From Azolla caroliniana (taxonomy: Eukaryota > Plantae > Polypodiophyta): a DNA stretch of 64,000 bases. Of the stretch, positions 10,501 to 22,906 are shown piece by piece. The notes beneath the pieces are model-generated. The model did not search any database. It saw only the letters and a program-made list of their open reading frames with translations, and was not told where the DNA came from. The stretch's first letter is position 1. Each line of letters starts with the position of its first letter. The position numbers were made by a program, and so were the translations under genes. The stretch covers positions 13,888,001-13,952,000 of the forward strand of contig JBHGNT010000015.1 in the NCBI GenBank assembly GCA_043228905.1. The letters are read 5' to 3'.

Positions 10501-12283
10501 AAACAATTAACTGCCTGTTAGTTAAGCAGTGATAATAACGGGGGGCTCTGGTTTGTGTCTTTACATGGTATATTTGGTACACAGATGATTCCCTAACTCA
10601 TGCAAATTTTGCAATATAGGCTGCTCTTGCTGCACTAGCAGCTCATGCAACCAATCCTACAGAGAAAGATAGACTCAAATTTTTGGCATCACCACTGGGC
10701 AAGGTTGAAATCTACTTTCCTTGCAAAAGCTTCTTTATTTCAAGGCTTCATAGATCTGATAATTTTTTTTTCCTTTGTAGGATGATTTTCACCAGTGGAT
10801 AACTTCTAATCAAAGGAGCCTTTTGGAGGTAATGGCTGCATTTCCTTCAGCGAAGCCCCCTCTTGGAGTTTTCTTTGCAGCTATTTCTCCACGGCTTCAG
10901 CCTCGCTATTACAGCATTTCCTCTTCTCCAAGGCATGTGCTCAGCGAGATAAAACTTTTTTGTTTTGTTCAGAGCGAAAATGTATTTTATTTTCTGACTT
11001 ATCACTTGCTTGTGTGCAGATTTGCGCCTGATAGGATTCATGTGACTTGTTCACTTGTATATGGGGTGAGTCCTACTGGACGGTTTCATCGAGGCGTCTG
11101 CTCTACCTGGCTGAAGGTAAATAGACATTATAGTCTAGATGCGGCAGAAATTGCTGAATGTGAGTTATACAATTATTGCTTGAATTAATTAATGTTTTGA
11201 ATCTTTCAGAATTCAAGACCTGTAGCTGAGGTAGGGGATGACTGTAGTTGGGCGCCAATATTTGTTAGGCTTTCGAACTTTAAACTTCCAGCAAATCCGA
11301 CAATTCCAATAATAATGGTTGGGCCTGGCACTGGATTAGCACCATTCAGAGGGTTTATGCAGGTTGGGATATTTCTCTTTTGTTAGTATCCTTTACATGC
11401 ATAATATGTGCATATGAAGATTCAAGAACCATCCGAGGTTCTGAGATATTGTTGAATTCAGGAACGATCTGCGCTTAAACAATCTGGTGAAGATCTAGGA
11501 CCTGCAATGCTATTCTTCGGGTGCAGAAATCGTCATCAGGTATATATATTACCATTTCCTTCATTGAAATATAAACCCAATTCCATAATATATTTGAGTT
11601 TATAATGTGATTATTGATAAAGTTAAAATAGATACTTCTTTTTTATCCCATGTTGACATTACATTGGTGTCGATGTTATGACACATTTACCCACCAGATT
11701 ATGTAGCTCAGATAGATGCTTATACATGAGGATTTGCTTTTGTGTGCCTATATATCATGACACTGGTTGGGATTGCAGGATTACATATATGAAGAGGAAC
11801 TCAACACATTCTTGGAGACAGGGGCCATATCTGATCTCCTTGTTGCCTTCTCTAGAGAAGGTACCACTAAAGAATATGTGCAGCATAAGATGATTGAGCA
11901 GGTGAATTGTTCACAAATTTCTTTATACCTGTCGTTGCCATCAGAATGCATCATTTTGCTATGAGTATGAACCTACTATATCTTATTTCAATGTAGGCTG
12001 CCAAAATATGGGAATATCTGTCTAGTGGAGGCAATCTATATGTCTGTGGAGATGCCAAAGGCATGGCCAGAGATGTCCACAGGACTCTTCATACTATAGT
12101 GGAAGAACAGGTGTGATCACAATGTTTTTTTATAATTTCTAGATGTTGTTGCTCTTTGTCATATATACATTCTCTTATGGGTTTGGCTTAATAATGTATC
12201 AGGCATCTGTAGACAGCACAAAAGCTGAGGCTATAGTCAAACAATTGCAAATTGATGGAAGATACCTCCGCGATGTGTGGTAA
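7526..12283 (+). CDS. CPR: NADPH-cytochrome P450 reductase, 18 exons, about 686 aa
   Basis: Exons 7526-7792, 8262-8324, 8744-8820, 8913-8970, 9057-9143, 9228-9264, 9355-9424, 9572-9772, 9865-9957, 10041-10266, 10620-10703, 10781-10932, 11020-11116, 11210-11362, 11462-11539, 11779-11901, 11997-12110, 12203-12283 join in frame (2061 nt). N-terminal TM anchor; FMN motifs [39 protein letters not shown]; FAD motif [12 protein letters not shown]; NADPH motifs [12 protein letters not shown] and [13 protein letters not shown]; C-terminus GRYLRDVW*. Confidence 0.97.
7884..8105. repeat. Near-perfect tandem duplication (about 105-115 bp) in CPR intron 1
   Basis: gatccatcc(atcc)n attcatatatatgaatatttctcatgagatc..atctgcagatggattc occurs twice. 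Confidence 0.9.
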
Positions 12284-12646
12284 AAGACAACAGGAGGGTC
12301 CCAAAGACACGAGGCTGTGCACAGCTTGAGGCTTTTTGCTTTAATAAATAGCTGAATTCTCTTGTAACACACCTATAAAGGCTTCTTGGTAGGTAGGATA
12401 CTTTGAAAATAAACAATCCCAGTGGTATTAAAATAGCTACTGAAGTACCTTGTATGAAGCTCGATGAACCAAATGTAGATTTGCGGAATTGAGGTAGTTC
12501 ACTTAAAATCATATGCTGTGTGTGTAGTCAATAACTGGAAACGGGCTTTGATGGTGGGTGCAAATTGGTAGCAACATAAAACCTACTCTGATGGGCTATA
12601 CAACCACATGAATATTGGATTCCATGACCTTAATGGCACATTTGAC

Positions 12647-13099
12647 TAGCAATCGGCAACGGTTCGATTTGAGAGGGTCCAAACCAAACCGGTTTGAAAC
12701 CTAACCGTTTAGAGATGTTGAAACTTGAACCGAACCGAACCGAACCACGAAATAGTTAAACTGAACCATTTAAAAAATTTCAAACTGTTAAGCCATTAAA
12801 CCGGTAAACCGGTAAAACTGTGGTTTTGGTTTTAGCTTAGGTCAATTTTTTAATTTTTAATTTTTAAAATTATTAAAATTTTCTCAAAATGTGAGAATAA
12901 GGCATGAAAATGAAAGGATTATTTAAAAACAAGTTTTTTATTTAAAAAATATAAAATTGTTAAACAGTTTAAACCACGGTTTTTAACAGTTGAAATCGAA
13001 CCGAAATTGAGTTGAATTGTTTAAAAAAACTTGAACTTGACCGAACCATTTAAACTGTTAAGTTGTGGTTTTGTGGTTCGGTACCGTTGTCGATTGTTA
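12647..13099. mobile_element. hAT-type MITE, copy 1
   Basis: TIR TAGCAATCGGCAACGG / CCGTTGTCGATTGTTA; perfect 8-bp TSD CATTTGAC (12639-12646, 13100-13107); AACCG subterminal repeats; AT-rich core. Confidence 0.9.
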
Positions 13100-13173
13100 C
13101 ATTTGACCACAAAATTCTTGAAAATTGTGGGCTTTTGTGGGCCATGGACTAGTATAAACTTCTAGACTACAAC

Positions 13174-13688
13174 TAACAATCGGCAACGGTTCGATTCGGT
13201 TTGAGAGGGTCCAAACCGAACCATTTAAAAATGTTGAAACTTGAACCGAACCGAACCGTTAAACATTTTTCAAACCGTTAAACCATTAAACCGTAAAAAC
13301 CGCGGTTTCGTGGTTCGGTTTCGGTTTTCAACATAGGTCAAATTTATTTTATTTTATTTTTAAATTTATAATATTTCATTATTTAGAATTTTTAAAATTT
13401 TTAAGATGTTCCTAAAATGTGAGAATAAGAGTAAAAATGAAAAGATTGTTTAAAAACAATTTTTAAAATTTTTTAGAATTTTTTTCAAATTTTTAAATTT
13501 TTTTTTTAAAATTAAAAAAATTAAAAATTAAAAACCGTTTAAACCGAGGTTTTTGACTGCTGAAACCAAACCGAATCCGAACCGCACCGTTAAAAAAAAA
13601 CCTAAACCTGAACTGTTGAAACCGTTAAGCCGTTAAGCCGCGGTTTCACGGTTTGGTTCGGTTCAAACCGAACCGTTGCCGATTGTTA
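13174..13688. mobile_element. hAT-type MITE, copy 2 (same family)
   Basis: TIR TAACAATCGGCAACGGTTCG / CGAACCGTTGCCGATTGTTA; 8-bp TSD ACTACAAC / ACTGCAAC (1 mismatch). Confidence 0.9.
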
Positions 13689-14029
13689 ACTGCAACAACT
13701 CTGTAGGGTTGGTCTGTTCTTGATGTTAAGGATCTGTCAGGAGTAAAAGCAAAATAATGTTTTCTTTTTTTAGGAGTCCACTTTTGGAATCAAAAGCTTC
13801 TTATTCATGTTTCATCATGTGTGCCGAACCCTCAATATAAAATTGAACCTTGGATTTGGTTGCTGCCTTAGACAATATACTTAATGTCAATTTGGCAAAG
13901 CACCTCAAAGTGATAGATTGGCCAAATGCCACAAACTGGCTTTCTTCTCTTGCATGTAAATCAATCCACATCCAAACTGTTAAGTTGTTATTTAATTGGC
14001 CAAAGGTTCACATTTCACACATTACAATG

Positions 14030-14330
14030 AATATTTACAAACTAGGAATGCACACATTCACTCTTTAACATTTGGTGTCAAGAAAGGATGCCCACTATTG
14101 TTGAATTGGAACAAATGGTTGATGAGCATTGTTAAGAAAGATGACATTGAAGAAATTATCATTCGCTATGTAGATATCATGCTTTTGTTTTACATAGATA
14201 ATTCGGTGCTTTTGTTAAATACTTGCACGAATATTTTTAAAAGATCATGAGTATTAGAAATTTTTTATATGCATATGATTTGAGCATCGATAGCTCTAAC
14301 AAATTTCATGCTTTTGAATACTCAAAATAA
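14030..14330 (+). mobile_element. Degraded non-LTR retrotransposon (LINE) RT relic
   Basis: ORF 13996-14250 has GVKKGCPL (cf. GVKQGCPLSP) and MLLFYIDNSVLL (cf. LLYADD.VL). Confidence 0.55.
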
Positions 14331-15216
14331 GGATAAACAATGCATTGTCTATGAGTTACTTGTAACCATAGAAAGCTTTAAATAGCTATTATGTCCAATC
14401 ATAGATAGCATTAAGTATATTACCCATTGCTAAAAGGTAGGAAAGAGGACTTTCTTGCATTGGAGAATAAATGAGATGGTGGGTACATTAGATGTTGAGT
14501 TCTCAAGACATACCTTAGCCAAATATACATGAAAGAGACCTGTAAATAGTAGAGTATCTATAGATACTTAGAGTGTACATTGCCTGATTTGAGTGATTCA
14601 CCTAACTGATGGGAAGCAATTTTTTCTTAGAAAAAAAAACCACAAAGCCCACAATTTTTGACTCAACTATGTTAATGAAGATAACCTCCTACGTGAGAGA
14701 GAGTAAGCTCAAAAGGATTACTAATTTCTTAGCCAAGAAGCTTTGCTCTCTCTTGAATCGGACAACACATAGAAAAAGTTATATGAAGAAGTGAAAATTG
14801 GAAAATCTATGGAACAAATGGGCAAGGATAAAATAATATGTTCAAGAGAACAAATTGAAGTGAGTAAAGTTATAATCTCACTTCGTCAAGCTCAAGATGA
14901 AAGCCCTCTTTGCACTAAGACAACAATGATGATTCTTTTTGTTTGATAGGTAGGTGACATGAAAGTTTCTATTTTATCTCCAAAATTGGGATGAGATATT
15001 ATGAGACTTCGCAGATACTAAAACCAATTGCTTGTAATTCCTCCTACACCATTTAAAGATTGAAAGTTTTCTACATTGAATCACCGAGATTTTATTCAAG
15101 AGGAGATCATAAAAGTAAATTAGATGGTTAGGGAAAGATCATGGGATTATGTAGAATAGATACCGAAGAGGATGAAGTGAAACTGAATACTTTTATTACT
15201 TGAATAATATTATTAA

Positions 15217-15475
15217 TTTACACCACCTAAACGATGGCACATTAATCCTCTTGAGAATCTCAAATGACTTTACTTACACCTTTTATATATGTGTAGGGCG
15301 GAAGATTCAAACTCTTGACCATCGTTTGATGGGAAAAAGATTGAATATATCTATTTATACCACTTAAACAATGACACTTTAATCCTCTTGAGAATCTCAG
15401 ATGACTTTACTTACATGTTTTATGTATGGGTAGGGGGGAAGATTGAACCCTCGATCATCGCTTGATGGGCAAAAG
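15217..15475. repeat. Tandem duplication of about 137 bp with a reverse B-box-like motif
   Basis: ttaatcctcttgagaatctca.atgactttacttaca..gaagatt.aa..c.. twice. Confidence 0.75.
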
Positions 15476-15489
15476 CTCTTATGATAGGT

Positions 15490-16207
15490 TATTTACCTTT
15501 CTTTAATTTAATTTCTTTTGTTGATTTGATTTACTTTGGATGGTGATCGATCGATGTTTGTTCGAGCTTGATCCAAAACGGCGTCAACAAAGGAACTTCA
15601 GTACTTCCCTTTTTTCTATTCTTTCTTCTCCCATCCTAATCATGTTTAAGTCAAGATGTTAAAATGTAATCATTCAATTATGTTGTAGTGGTCATAGTTT
15701 GTTTGTATAAAACATACATATGTTACATATGTGTATAAGATCAATACCTCAATTGCCATGTATTTGATATGTGATCTGTCTTGTATGCGTGGAGGTCAAT
15801 ACCTCAATTGCATATTACATTCACTTTTTTATTTTGGATGTTACGTGTGCTAAGAGGCTATTTGCCTCGATTCGTATCTTGATTACATCATTCGTTGGTT
15901 TATGTTTTGTTGATGATTCTTATATATATATATGATCACATGTATACGTATGAGATTGTATACATGTTATAAACATATATATGTGCATATTAGGAATTTG
16001 TTACATTATATTGGTATATCGAAGGTTGTCCTTTCAAGATAAGGATATTGGTGCCCGTCTTCACATTTTTTGTGGAAAGGGCATAATAACCATCATTTTT
16101 TGTTATCCCCATTTGTCACTTTGATTTCTTTATATATTACAATTAAACAAGCATGACCACAATGATATTCTGGGATAAGGGCTTGACCCACTTCGTGTGA
16201 GGTCGCC
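15490..16207 (+). repeat. Inverted, diverged homolog of 26841-27680 (LTR/leader region of the adjacent gypsy family)
   Basis: Reverse-complement matches, e.g. tggatggtgatcgatcga (about 15537 vs 27620-27640) and agggcttgaccca..gtgtgaggtcgcc (16178-16207 vs 26841-26870). Confidence 0.8.
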
Positions 16208-19200
16208 TGTTAGAGTTATGATCTAAAGTAAGCATATGATAAGGATAAAAGATAGATATATAGAAAGGAGAGAGAGAAAGAAGGGTGCCGATCCACCCGG
16301 CCACCCCCGAGAAAAGGGATCGAGACGGACTCGAGCCTTGATCGGCGTCCCATACCACTACCGTGGCGTCGAGTCGTACCTGGTGCTGGCGCGCTCGCTA
16401 CAAGAGTTGACCCACCACGAAACAGAGTTTCGACATAGTCAAGATATAATGAAATGAGGGTAGTTAGGCCTCATATTTATAGCGATACCCAAGGCCCCCA
16501 AGCAAGTTCACACTTGGCCTAATGGGTTGTCTAAATCCCGAGGATTAAAAGTAATCCTACCCTTCTTTACACTCTCGTTTAACCCGCACACTTATCCATG
16601 TGTATAGAATACTACGATAAATTCTCACCACGGGATATTATATAGTCATGCCCGTAACATACTCTCCCTCTTTAAAACATTGCACTCTTGCAATGGAAAG
16701 TTAGCGACGTTAGTTCTAGGAGTATTTTCGCGTTCCCATGTGGCATCTTTGATAGATTTATCCATCCATTTAATTTTAAATTCTCGGATTATTTTCGTAT
16801 GCAGATTTTTTGTTTTAACATCAAGAATTCTTTATGGTACATGTGGTTTAGAAGATAATTCTTCAGAAGTAACTAGAGTTTCAGTTGTAACTGTATTGTC
16901 ACCAGAACCTAGAAGTCTTTTTAGACGACTTACATGAAAAACTGGATGAATTTCAACGCCATTGGGAAGAGCGTGATGATATGCTGATGAACCAATGCGT
17001 TTTAGGACTTGAAAAGGTCCACAATATCGTGGGGCTAACATAGCGCACTTACCCGTAGACAATGTCTTAGAATTGTGAGGTACACATAAAAATACCTTCT
17101 ATCCAGGGATGAATACACGAGGTAGCCTATTATGATTGACGTAAAAACACACTCTATCTTGAGCCGTTTTTATATTATCTCGTGCAATATGCAACATATC
17201 TTGCATATCCTGAAGAAAGTATTGCGTACTTCACAACTCATCATGATGTATATTAACATCAATCGGGGCTCGTGGTTGAAAACCATACATCAACATAAAA
17301 GGACTATATCTTGTCGACATATGCTTGGAGCTGTTATAAGAAAACTCCAAAATTGGGAGATAACGTTCCCATTTTGTTGGTTTTGCACCAATGTATGCTC
17401 GAAGCATGTCCTCAATAATTTGGATTACTCGTTCAGAATCTGTCTGTCCATCGGATTGAGGATGATCCATGGAGCTCATGCTCAATGTGTCAGGAGCAGT
17501 ACTAAGACAGAGAAGTACTGTCAGGAACAGTACTAAGACAGATAAGGAATTAGTACTAAAAGATGAGGATTAGTACTAAGGGAGGTGTAGAACGAGAGAG
17601 AGAGAGAGAGAGAGAATGATGATAACAAAAGATATATATTATGTTAAGAGAATATACAATAGTAGCTAGGAGGCTTCAAATTGACGTTGAACCGAATTGG
17701 TTCGGAATAATGCCTTGTGCCTCCTTTTATAGTGTTATCAGGAGTACTCCTGAAGTTTCTAGAATGTTCCAGAGAGATCTGGAATATACATCAATTTTCT
17801 ATAATAAAACTTGAATGAAAATAATATCCTTCGTATTATAACAAATAGTCTAATGGTCAAGAGTTCGACCCATGTAACATAAGGTAATGGGTTCGAGCCT
17901 TGCCATATCATGATACTATCCCCCCTTTAAAACGACGAGTGTCAGGAGTCATTTTGGATGGAGGACCCGGTTTGTCTGGATATTGACGATGGAAGTCTTC
18001 AAGAAGAGCACGAGCATTGGTCACATTCTCTATTGGTTCCCAAGTACGCTCGCTGGGACGATATCCTAGCCAATTGACTAAATAGTAGAGATTGTTGTGA
18101 ACAATCTTGGAATCGAGGATGGCGGCAACCTCAGACTCAGGTCCATCTTCAAGTTCGATCGGGGGTGGAGGTTGTTTAATACGACCTGGGATGGTGCTGT
18201 CTTGATAGGGTTCGAGGAGAGAACTATGAAACACTGGATGTATCCAAAGTTGTGGAGGTAGATCGAGATGAAAAGCGACATCATTAATTTTTCCGATAAT
18301 ACAGAAAGGACCTAATCGCCGATAATCCAAATTCTCGCATGGGCGAGTAGTCTTGATGTGTCGTCGAAGTAGCCATACCCAATCTCCAATGTTAAAACTG
18401 GATGGAAGCCGATGACGATCCGCGTAAACCTTGTGTGTTTGTTGAGCTTGCTGTAGATGAGTAGATAAATCCGCTTGTATATTGTGTAACCGCTCCAAAC
18501 GATCCTCTGCGCAAGGATTTGTGGGTAACTCTGGGGTTTCAAATACACACCACCGGGGGTGATAGCCCGTATAAACATAAAATGGTGTAACCTTTGTCGA
18601 TGAGTGGACAGAGTTATTATAGAAAAATTCGGCGAAGTGGAAAACATCCGCCCAGTCATCTTGATGATAGATTAGAAAGCACCGAAGATATTGCTCCAGT
18701 GTTTGATTTGTTCGTTCTGCTTGGCCGTCTGTTTGTGGGTGGTAGCCGGAGGAGAGGTTACAAGTGACCTTGAGCATTTTAAAGAGGTGCTTCCAGAATT
18801 TCGAGACAAACTGGGGTCCACAGTCGCTGATGATACTATCGGGAAGGCCATGATGCCGACATACTTCACACATGACAGTTTCAATGGTTTCCTCACTAGA
18901 GATTTTCTTAGTACATGGCAAAAAATGGGCCATCTTCGTATATCGATCTACTACTATTAAAATCACATCGAATCCCTTAGAGATTGGAAGATTTGTGATG
19001 AAATCTAGAGCAATGGATTGCCACGACTTGCTTGGAATTGGTAATGGTTCTAATAAAAACCATATGGATGATGCCTTGGCATTTTTGCTCTGCAACATGT
19101 ATCACAAGTCCGAACAAAATCTTCAACAAATTGTCGCATATGGGGCCACTAGAATGATCGTTGTACCAAATCTAATGTTTTAGTACTACCAAAATGCCCA

Positions 19201-22200
19201 ACTGTATATGTGTCATGACAGTTTTGGACTACTCGAAGACGACAAGAACCATCAGGAACATACAATAGTTTCTTAAAGAATAGAAATCCATCATGACATT
19301 CGAATTGTCGATAGTCCGTACCTCGTTGTTGCGACTGTGAACAAGATGCTCGAGAGGGATCAATTTGTGCTAGAATGGCTTGGGCGAAAACATTTGTCTT
19401 CAAGTCCTCACGTATGGTATCGATAACGTGGGAATCCAAGGGCATTCCGAAGACCTGTGTTGCTTGCAGTTGTGCTGGTCCTAGGATTACTTGCTTTTGG
19501 TTATCGAAAGCTGGCTCGCCAGGAGATGGTGCTAGATACGAGCGTCGTGATAATGCATCTGCCTCCCCTTGTTGCTTCCCCGGACGATATGTAATTTTGA
19601 AGTCGAAATGAGTGACGAATTGGGCCCATCGGCCTTGACATCGATTTAACACACGAGCATTCTGAAAGTAGGCAAGGTTTTTGTGATCACTGAATACGGT
19701 GACTTGATGAGAAGATTCCTCTAGAAAATGCCTCCATTGCGTAAAAGAGTCCCCTATTGCTAATAGCTCCTTATCATGAATTTCATAGTTGATTTCATTG
19801 CCATCAAACTTGTGTGAGTGGAAAGCCACAAGATGGAGCTTTTCATCATCGCCTTGTTGTGACAGAATGCTACCCAATGCAAAATCCGACGCATTTGCTT
19901 CGATGATGAATGGTTTTTCCGGATCAACATGAGCCAGAATAGGAGCTAATGTAAATGCCTTCTTAAGACCCTCAAAAGCCATGTCTGCTTCTTCAGACCA
20001 AACAAACGATTGTCCCTTCCTGGTGAGCTGTGTGAGAGGCAGAACAAGCTTTGAGTAATCCTGTATAAACTTGCGGTAGAAATTGGCAAAGCCTAAAAAG
20101 CATTGCACATCTCACAACGATTGTGGAGTCTGCCACTCTACCACCGTTTTGACCTTAACCGGATCGATGGAGATGCCTTCCGAGGAAATGACATAGCCCA
20201 GAAATTTTGCTTGGTTGCATTCGAAACTACATTTTTCCAACTTTGTATAAAGACCATGTTCTCGAAGTCATTTTAGTACTAAAAGTACATGAGAATCATG
20301 CTCTTCTTGGGTATTCGAATAAACAAGTAGATCATCCAAATAGATGATCAAACAAACATCCAAGAGATCTCAGAATATATCATTTGCCATGTGCTGGAAG
20401 ACTACTGGCACATTAGTGAGGCCGAATGACATGACCGTATACTCGGAGTGCCCATATCTGGTGCGAAACATAGTCTTCCATTCATCTCCTGGTCGGATTC
20501 TCCTAAGTCGATCTTTGTGAAGAACCTTACACCATTGATCCGTTCTAAAAGACTTGAGATAAGGGGAAGTGCGTACCTATTCCTGATGGTGACCTTATTC
20601 AAGCCACTGTAATCTACGACGAGACGAATTGATCCATCCTTTTTCTTGACGAAGAAAATGGGTGCGCCGGCTGGAGATTTCGAATGTCGAATAAAACCAT
20701 TTGCCAAATTCTCCTCTATATAGGCTCAAAGGACTTCTAGCTCGGTTGGTGACAAATTCTAGATCGGTCCCCATGGTGGTTCTTTTCCTGGTTCTAAATC
20801 GATGGGGCAATCATACAGTTGATGGTGAGGAAGCGTATTGGCTTGTACTTTATCGAACACATCGGCATAATGACGATAATTCTCTGGAAGTTGAACGGTG
20901 GACTCCTCTTTAGTGGCGTTGGAGGGTTTTACTAATACTGCGAAGAGAAACATTTCTTCCTTGCGTCCTTCCTCACGAAACTGATGTAACGAAATGGTTG
21001 CAATCTTATGAGTAGATCCTTGGGTTTGTCAATACCAGATTTCTCTTGTTCTTCAATCTATGTCTAGGTTATGTAATTCGAACCATGGTAATCCCAAAAC
21101 AATGGGATGTTCTGGGATACTAATTATATTAAATGATACTACACATGCTAAATTATCTAGGACAATATTAATGGGCTCTAACTCTTCTATGATATTTCCG
21201 GAAGCAATGGGACGACCATCAATGACTACTACAGAGGTTGGACACGGGAGTTTTCTTAGGGATATTTGATGAGCTTGGGCAAAATTCCTATCCATGAAGC
21301 AAGAATTAGCTTCGGAATCTAGGATTGCTGAGACATGTACTGAAGAGGTACTTTTTGTACTAATGGTTACTTGGGCTAAGAACACATTGCTAACTTGCTT
21401 AGAGGGAATGGAACCACTAATGGGTTGCAAAGATCTAGGGTTGTCCAACCAAACGACTCCTATTTTGGCTGGACTTAGTCGTTTAACTCTTCTTCTAAAT
21501 GACTAAGGACATCAAATTTGTTCGATAGATTTGGGCTATTAGTACTATTAGGACTATCAGATATTCCTACTAAAATAGACTCGTGTTTAGTACAATTACG
21601 ACTAGCAACTATTTGGTTCACTTGTCTTCTTGGCCTATGGGGATAGTTCATTGCAATATGCCATGGTCCACTGCAATAAAGACATAGTCGATTTGCTCGA
21701 CGTCGCTGCTTTTTCTTCTTCCGATAATGGTTTGTGACGACGTGTAGTGTCAATTTCCATCGGAGTTGGAGTATTAACTGGAAACACATTATATGACTCC
21801 CTTGGAAAAGGTTTTGCTACCATTGAGGCATAGGTGGGCTCTAATCTTGCCCTTGGCATCTGGAACTGACATTCCGAACGTTGTTCGAAAAGATGGTTGT
21901 CGCATCTTATCGCGCGACTGATTGCTTCTGTCAATGACTTTGGTTCTTCGGGGAAGTTCAAAAGTAAAATTTCCTTGGCATCGTTACGTAGAACATAATG
22001 AAATTGCTCCATAAGTGCTTGGTCATCCTAGGGGATATCGGAGGCGAGTAGGCGGAAATCTGAAGCGTATGCGGAGGCTGGACGATCACCTTGATGTAAT
22101 TGTCAAATTTTGTTTATTGCTGTCCTTATGCTGTCAGTATCTCCAAAACAGTCTTTAAACTCACTTAAAAACTCTTCAAAATTGTTCAGTAAAGGAGATT

Positions 22201-22849
22201 CCTTTTCTAACAACGGAGCGAACCATGCCAAAGCTGAGCTAGTTAACAACGTGCCTACTAAACCCACTCGTGATGCATCGATGGGATATCGGGAAGGATG
22301 CATTTGAATGACTAATCGTACTTGATTAAGGAATCCTCTAAACTGCGGTCGCGTTCCATCGAATTTCATGGGAAGGCCGATCTTCGGTTCTTTATGAACC
22401 CCTTGCGTACTGGGTCCTTGTTGTTGCATTGCTACTATGGTTGCTTTGAGATGTTGCACGCGTAACGCTAGTTCCCTGTGTTGTTGTTGCGTCTGCTGCG
22501 TCTCTCTAAGGAGATTTGTTGAAGCTCCCCCAATAGTCGTTGTTTTTCTTGTTCCAATGCGAGAAACGTCTCTTTCAAGCATTGGAACTCCGAAAAAACG
22601 GATTGATATTCTTGAGCGCTAACAATGGCCATAGTATGAGAGAAAAGAGGAATAAGAGATTAGTATGAAGGGGGGGAGAAGTAAGAAGATAAAGGAAGAG
22701 AAGGAAGGAGACCAAAATCGGTTAAAATTGTCAGGAGCAGTACTAAGACAGAGAAGTACTGTCAGGAATAGTACTAAGATAGATAAGGAATTAGTACAAA
22801 AAGATGAGGATTAGTACTAAGGGAGGTGTAGAACTCTTGAGAGAAGGAA

Positions 22850-22906
<57 letters not shown>

